From Thermoplasmata archaeon (GTDB lineage: Archaea; Thermoplasmatota; Thermoplasmata; Lutacidiplasmatales; UBA184): 64,000 bases of DNA. The notes beneath the pieces are model-generated. The model was not told the DNA's origin, did no database searches, and saw only the letters and a program-made list of their open reading frames with translations. This document shows positions 59,907-64,000 of the stretch, piece after piece (position 1 is the first letter of the stretch; each line of letters opens with the position of its first letter). Location of the stretch: contig JAKIWG010000001.1 of assembly GCA_022750155.1 (NCBI GenBank), forward strand, positions 17,138 through 81,137, read 5' to 3'. The translations under genes and the position numbers were made by a program.

Positions 59907-59922
59907 TCCCGACAACCGCACT
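59907..59922 (+). repeat. attR core: 16-bp direct repeat TCCCGACAACCGCACT
   Basis: Exact copy of 10342..10357 (the tRNA-Gly 3' end). Lies in an intergenic gap before the flanking genes. Confidence 0.8.
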
Positions 59923-60084
59923 AGAACCCCTTCAGCACAAGATTCGGACCCCATCGGTCGCGCTGGGTGCTGGGTTCAACCCGGCCTCGACGAGCCGGTC
60001 GGCATCCCCCGATGGCCGCCGAGCCGCCCACCCCCCGCATAGAATCACATGGTCTCATATAGCCGGATAGCGGTGTGATGGGCA

Positions 60085-60276
60085 ATGACGGTCACCACGA
60101 TTCAGCTCTCTCCCGACACTCGAGAGCACCTGAAAGCAGTGGGCCGGAAGGGCGAAACGTACGATCAGATCGTGCGTCGGCTGCTGAGGGCCGCGGAGTA
60201 CTCCGATTTCATGGACGAGCAGTACGAGGTCCTTCGTAGCGAGAAGAACTGGGTTCGACTTCGAGCCTCCTCGTGA
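60085..60276 (+). CDS. small antitoxin-like protein
   Basis: 63 aa. Overlaps the downstream RelE/ParE-like gene by 4 nt. Confidence 0.55.
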   Translation: MTVTTIQLSPDTREHLKAVGRKGETYDQIVRRLLRAAEYSDFMDEQYEVLRSEKNWVRLRASS

Positions 60277-60536
60277 ACCGCGCAGTCCTCCTGTCCGATC
60301 CTGTACAGAAAACCTACGACCCGCTTACCCTGGAGGTTCGGGCGAGAGTCCGGGAGACGCTGCTCGAATTCGTCGCTTCGGGCAGGGGCGACCTCAAGCG
60401 GCTTCGGGGAACTCGCGGCCGAGAGGACCTTTTCCGATTGCGCGTGGGCGACTACCGTATCGTCTTCGCCCGGTCCCCGAGGGAGATCCGGGTCACCCGG
60501 ATTATTCACCGAAGCGAAGGGTACGATTGGCTGTGA
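60273..60536 (+). CDS. RelE/ParE-family toxin
   Basis: 87 aa. LKRLRGTRGREDLFRLRVGDYRIVFARSPREIRVTRIIHRSEGY matches the RelE/ParE C-terminal pattern (RvGdYRiiy...i.i..i.hR...Y). Confidence 0.75.
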   Translation: MNRAVLLSDPVQKTYDPLTLEVRARVRETLLEFVASGRGDLKRLRGTRGREDLFRLRVGDYRIVFARSPREIRVTRIIHRSEGYDWL

Positions 60537-60754
60537 AGCTCGACCTCCGTCGGCGCCTGGCATGAACTCCGGCCCCCTAAGCCCCGCGGAGTGATTCTCT
60601 CCCCAACCGTTGCACCGCCAGCGACTCCGCCGCGGGCAGCTCAAAACGGTGGGACGACAATCCCGCCCTCCCTCCGAGAAGGACGGGATTGGGATTGGAA
60701 CGATTCCGGAACGCCCGGCACCCGCATCACCCCGGGAGCGTCCCGCCCCCCCGC

Positions 60755-61399
60755 TCACATCTTCTTTTCGAAGTCCAGCACCGTCGCGAAGAGGGCGGAG
60801 TAGAGGTGGTTCGTCGGTCCGTCAAACGCGAGCTCCCAGACGTCACGGATGGCGAGGATCTTGTGCCGAACGTGGCCGATCTGGGCCCCGTCGGGCCCGA
60901 CCAGGTTGTACTTCCGGCGGATGATGTTCCCCTTCGTGGTCATGAGCACCTGGCCGTTCGGGGCGACCCACGACGCTTTGAGTCCGCCGATCAGGCTCCG
61001 TTTCATCTGGATCGTTCCGATGACGGCCTGGGCGGCCGGGTCGACGACCTGGAAGGCCGCGGTATTGCCTCCGGATCCCTTGCGGATCTCGAGTGCGACC
61101 TGGTTCTGGGCGTCCCGAACGAGGTACGTGTAGGTCAGGCTGCGTTGAGCGAACCGTCCGATGTACTCCCCGGCCACCGAGGCGACCGCCGACCCCACAA
61201 GGGCCCCGGTCATGTTCTGGCTCGCGTCGAGTCCGATCTTGCAGATCACCCGCTCGTTGGCGTCCATGACATCGTAGTTCTTTCCCAACGAGAGGATCTG
61301 CATCTTCATCAGCAACTTCTGCTGCGGGGCGAGACCGGAGATGATCGACTGGGCGACGTTGTTCACAGGGGCAGCCATGGAATCCACCAGGGGCTCCAC
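60755..61399 (-). CDS. hypothetical protein, possibly LURP-one-related/tubby-scramblase-like fold
   Basis: 214-aa ORF with repetitive beta-strand pattern (YDVMDANERVICKI..., YLVRDAQNQVALEIRK, YNLVGPDGAQIGHVRHK). Family call is tentative. Confidence 0.45.
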   Translation of the reverse strand: MEPLVDSMAAPVNNVAQSIISGLAPQQKLLMKMQILSLGKNYDVMDANERVICKIGLDASQNMTGALVGSAVASVAGEYIGRFAQRSLTYTYLVRDAQNQVALEIRKGSGGNTAAFQVVDPAAQAVIGTIQMKRSLIGGLKASWVAPNGQVLMTTKGNIIRRKYNLVGPDGAQIGHVRHKILAIRDVWELAFDGPTNHLYSALFATVLDFEKKM

Positions 61400-61609
61400 C
61401 TAGTCAATCGTTCCTCAGGGTTCCGAAGGGAGTGCCGTACAGCGGTCGAGGGTTCCGCCCCACACTCCGACCAACGCCCAGGTCCTATTCCGCGCAGGTC
61501 CGCCTCCCGCCCCGATGACGAAGGGAGACGGCCCGCTGCGGGGGGTCCTTCCGGGGATGGCTCGAGACACGAACGCGGGACGCCGGCCGGACGAAAGTAC
61601 GCCTCAGGT

Positions 61610-61715
61610 CCCGGCTGCCTGACTCGAACAGGCGACCTGAGGATATCTACGGGGGCCGCCGGTTTCCGGCGGTCGCTACTACAGTCCCCCGCTCTACCAC
61701 TGAGCTAAGCCGGGA
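61610..61715 (-). tRNA. tRNA-Tyr (anticodon GTA) with a ~34-nt intron 3' of position 37
   Basis: Manual fold on the minus strand: acceptor CCCGGCT/AGCCGGG + A, D arm GCTC-AGTGGTA-GAGC, anticodon stem GGGGA/TCCTC, loop CTGTAG[intron]A, T arm GCCTG-TTCGAGT-CAGGC. Confidence 0.75.
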
Positions 61716-61769
61716 TGGCGATACGAGCGGCGGGACGGCTATAAGGCTTCGGTGGCCGGATCGGGGGGA

Positions 61770-62399
61770 TCAGCGGACGGCCTCGCGAATCCGCTCGGAA
61801 ACCACCTCGCGACTACCCTCGGCATCGATGGGGCGCAGCAGCCCGAGCCGCCGGTAGTGCTCGAGGAGGAGAGCCGTCTGCCGATGGTAGGTCTGGAGTC
61901 GCGTGTAGACCGGTTCCGGCCGGTCGTCCGGACGCTGGACGAGAGTGGCCCCGCACGCGTCGCACGTGTCGGGCTTTTTGGGAGGCTGGGTGACGAGATT
62001 GTAGACCGCCCCGCATTTTGGGCAGGAGCGGCGTTGGGTGAGCCGCTCCATCAGGATCGACTCGGGGAGATCGAAGGAGATCACCCGATCGATGGGAGCG
62101 AAGCCGGTGAGGGCCTCCGCCTGGACGAGGGTCCGAGGGAATCCGTCGAGCAGATAACCGGACGCTGCGTCCGGGGCCGCGAGACGCTCCTGAAGCATCT
62201 TCAGCACGAGGTCGTCCGGAACGAGCATGCCGGCGCGCATGTAGGCGTCGGCCTCGGTACCGAGCGGAGTGTGCTGGGCGACCGCGCTCCTGAGGAGGTC
62301 CCCGGTCGAGATGTGCGGTATCCCGAGGGTTCGGGAAAGTTCGACCGCCTGGGTGCCCTTCCCCGCGCCGGGGGGACCGAGGAACACGATGCGGTGCAT
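61770..62399 (-). CDS. adk: adenylate kinase
   Basis: P-loop FLGPPGAGKGTQ, LLDGFPRT, and zinc-lid CPKCG...CDACG. Confidence 0.9.
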   Translation of the reverse strand: MHRIVFLGPPGAGKGTQAVELSRTLGIPHISTGDLLRSAVAQHTPLGTEADAYMRAGMLVPDDLVLKMLQERLAAPDAASGYLLDGFPRTLVQAEALTGFAPIDRVISFDLPESILMERLTQRRSCPKCGAVYNLVTQPPKKPDTCDACGATLVQRPDDRPEPVYTRLQTYHRQTALLLEHYRRLGLLRPIDAEGSREVVSERIREAVR

Positions 62400-62442
62400 G
62401 GGGGGCGCGAGGGGCCATAGGGTATAGCGATTCGGGGGCCGG

Positions 62443-63153
62443 TCAGCCGATTCGCGTCCCGACGAACTTTTCGCCGCGCAAGGCCGAACGCACGGCCTTC
62501 AGATCGCGACCGTGAACGACGGACAGCGGGATACGGGCACGGGCGAGGAGTCCGGCGCCGAGACGGTCAAAGATCGCCTGCTGTCCGGCCTCCTCCACGC
62601 GGGTCGTCTCGGCCACCATCCGGCCGAAGCTCGCCCAGTCGAGCACATCGATCCGGTGGGCCCCCGGAAAGGTCCGTGGGTCCCGGTCGTAGACGCCATC
62701 GACGTTGGTGGCGTTGACCAGGCGCGCCGCGCGGAGCCGTACGGCGAGGAGGGCCGCGACCCCGTCGGTGGTGTGGCCGGGCTCGGTACCCCCGAGGATC
62801 ACCGGAGACGCGTGGTGGAGCTCGTGGACCGCCTGAGCGATGGTGGCGGGGACGTGGGTCGGGGTGGGCGGGCCCACCTGGGCCGCGAGGAGGCGGGCGT
62901 GGAGCCGGGTCACGTCGATTCCGATATCGTCGAGCTCGACCTCGGTCAATCCGAGCTCCCGACCGATCCGGATGTACTCTCGGGCGGTCCGCCCCCCACC
63001 GGTCGTCACCGCGAGCGAGCTGCGCTGCCCCTCGGCCTTCAACAAGGTGGCGAGCTCCCGAAGGTACCCTACGTCGTTATCGCCCGTGACCAGGACCGAA
63101 CCTCCGACGGAGAGCACGACGGTGGGCTTCGGCGGGTCCGAGAGGGTGGGCAT
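62443..63153 (-). CDS. pyrH: uridylate (UMP) kinase, archaeal type
   Basis: Amino-acid-kinase fold motifs VVLSVGGSVL, VTTGGGRTAREY and ILGGTEPGHTTD. 236 aa, as in archaeal PyrH. Confidence 0.8.
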   Translation of the reverse strand: MPTLSDPPKPTVVLSVGGSVLVTGDNDVGYLRELATLLKAEGQRSSLAVTTGGGRTAREYIRIGRELGLTEVELDDIGIDVTRLHARLLAAQVGPPTPTHVPATIAQAVHELHHASPVILGGTEPGHTTDGVAALLAVRLRAARLVNATNVDGVYDRDPRTFPGAHRIDVLDWASFGRMVAETTRVEEAGQQAIFDRLGAGLLARARIPLSVVHGRDLKAVRSALRGEKFVGTRIG

Positions 63154-63252
63154 CGGGCCGGGACGGGGGCGAGCCCCGTCTTAGTTCCTGCGGTCCCCCG
63201 ACGCCTCAGCCCTCGGCAGGATTATCTGCCTGCTCTCCCCCGGGGGCCCTCG

Positions 63253-63972
63253 GTGTCCGCCGACCTCGATTCCGAGAAGCTGCTGGCCGCGACCGCCGCG
63301 GTCCGCAGGGTCCGACCGGGGATGCGCATCGCCCTCGGGACCGGGTCGACGACCGCCTACGCCGTTCGGGCGCTCGTCGACCGCTTCCCGGAGGGCGGGG
63401 GCATTTCGGCCGTCGCGAGCTCCTCCTTGACCGAGCGTCTCGCGCGGGAGCTCGGTCTGAAGGTCGGTCCGCTGCTCGCCTCCGACCGTTTCGACGTCAT
63501 GATCGACGGGGCCGATGAGGTGGCCCCGACCCTCGACCTGACGAAGGGGGGAGGGGGGGCGCTGTTCCGGGAGAAATTCCTCGCGCGGCTCTCGCGCGAA
63601 CTCATCATCATGGTCGACCATACCAAGCTCGTCCCCGCCCTCGGCACCCGGTCGGCGATACCGGTCGAGGTGGTGCCGTTCGCCCGCCCGGTGCTCGTCG
63701 AGCAGCTGGCGCTGCATCGGGTCGCCTCGGTCGTCCGGACCCAATCCGACGGGGAGCGTCCCTTCCTGACCGACAACGGGAACGAGATCCTCGACCTTCG
63801 GCCCCCCGACCCGGTCACCGACCCGGCACGGCTCGACGATCAGCTCCGCTCGATGCCCGGGGTCGTCGAGACCGGGCTCTTCTGCGGGCTCGCCCACCGC
63901 GTCTTCGTCGGGCTCCCCGACGGCACCGTCCAGGAGATCCTCCCGTCGCATCCGGTCCAGGCCGTGTCGTAG
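63253..63972 (+). CDS. rpiA: ribose-5-phosphate isomerase A
   Basis: GTG start at 63253, in frame within track ORF 62512..63972. Motifs IALGTGSTTAY, IDGADEV and KGGGGALFREK. The upstream part of the ORF is antisense to pyrH. Confidence 0.8.
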   Translation: MSADLDSEKLLAATAAVRRVRPGMRIALGTGSTTAYAVRALVDRFPEGGGISAVASSSLTERLARELGLKVGPLLASDRFDVMIDGADEVAPTLDLTKGGGGALFREKFLARLSRELIIMVDHTKLVPALGTRSAIPVEVVPFARPVLVEQLALHRVASVVRTQSDGERPFLTDNGNEILDLRPPDPVTDPARLDDQLRSMPGVVETGLFCGLAHRVFVGLPDGTVQEILPSHPVQAVS

Positions 63973-64000
63973 TCGAACGGGCTTCGCCCCCGGCCCCGGC

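Larger units (their letters stand above)
10342..59922. mobile_element. ~49.6-kb integrated genomic island / integrative element in tRNA-Gly(CCC)
   Basis: 16-bp direct repeats at both ends. A tyrosine integrase lies 44 nt downstream of the tRNA. Cargo is dominated by defence/TA/methylase/surface genes, housekeeping genes sit only outside, and composition is visibly less GC-rich than the flanks. Confidence 0.75.

Noticed and set aside
10399-59922. Archaeal integron (IntI + attC cassette array) interpretation of the integrase and repeated inter-module motifs
   Set aside because: The modules are multi-gene, run in both orientations and span several kb. The motif does not match the RYYYAAC/GTTRRRY attC core. 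The tRNA-flanked direct repeats fit a classical integrative island better.
59871-59960. Possible complete minus-strand tRNA around the AAAGG-TTCAAAT-CCTTT hairpin
   Set aside because: The predicted 3' acceptor strand (ACACGGG) has no complementary 5' strand within 150 nt, and no D or anticodon arms could be drawn.
62512-63252. N-terminal 247 codons of track ORF 62512..63972
   Set aside because: This stretch is antisense to pyrH and arginine/glycine-rich. The RpiA homology begins only at GTG 63253.
1-64000. CRISPR arrays, rRNA genes, transposases/IS elements, reverse transcriptases
   Set aside because: I looked for regularly spaced direct repeats, rRNA-like conserved blocks, DDE/IS terminal inverted repeats and the YxDD motif. 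None were seen.

Overview
High-GC archaeal chromosomal segment. Archaeal markers are a pilin-like protein with a class III signal peptide, an intron-containing tRNA and an archaeal-type UMP kinase.

(i) 1-10.3 kb, core flank: an arginine-deiminase-fold enzyme, an orphan N4/N6 DNA methyltransferase, an ACT-domain protein and tRNA-Gly(CCC). It also holds a tightly packed minus-strand type IV pilus (Tad/Epd-like) operon with two FlaI/TadA-type ATPases, two TadB/TadC-like membrane proteins and a pilin-like protein.

(ii) 10.34-59.92 kb, a ~49.6-kb integrated element. It is bounded by an exact 16-bp direct repeat equal to the 3' end of tRNA-Gly, with a tyrosine integrase next to the tRNA. By eye it is less GC-rich than the flanks. 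It is a stack of conflict/defence-type modules:
- a TrpD-like / PAS histidine kinase / pseudo-receiver + kinase-fold operon, with a PGAM-like phosphatase;
- an AbrB-fused DNA methyltransferase;
- a DUF262 + HEPN pair;
- a WD40-Roc-COR GTPase translationally coupled to a small TIR protein (the best candidate for an undescribed immune system);
- DarT/DarG;
- three paralogous small winged-helix-like proteins;
- a SLATT-like 2-TM protein;
- several large N-glycosylation-sequon-rich surface proteins, including YVTN beta-propeller repeats.

The modules are separated by unusually long ORF-poor gaps. Each gap contains a tRNA T-arm-like motif in the same orientation.

(iii) 59.9-64 kb, right flank: a RelE/ParE-type TA pair, a tubby/LOR-like protein, intron-containing tRNA-Tyr, adk, pyrH and rpiA.

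Many long ORFs in the supplied track are R/G/P-rich antisense or off-frame shadows typical of high-GC DNA and were not called. All family assignments come from motif recognition by eye; no searches were run.
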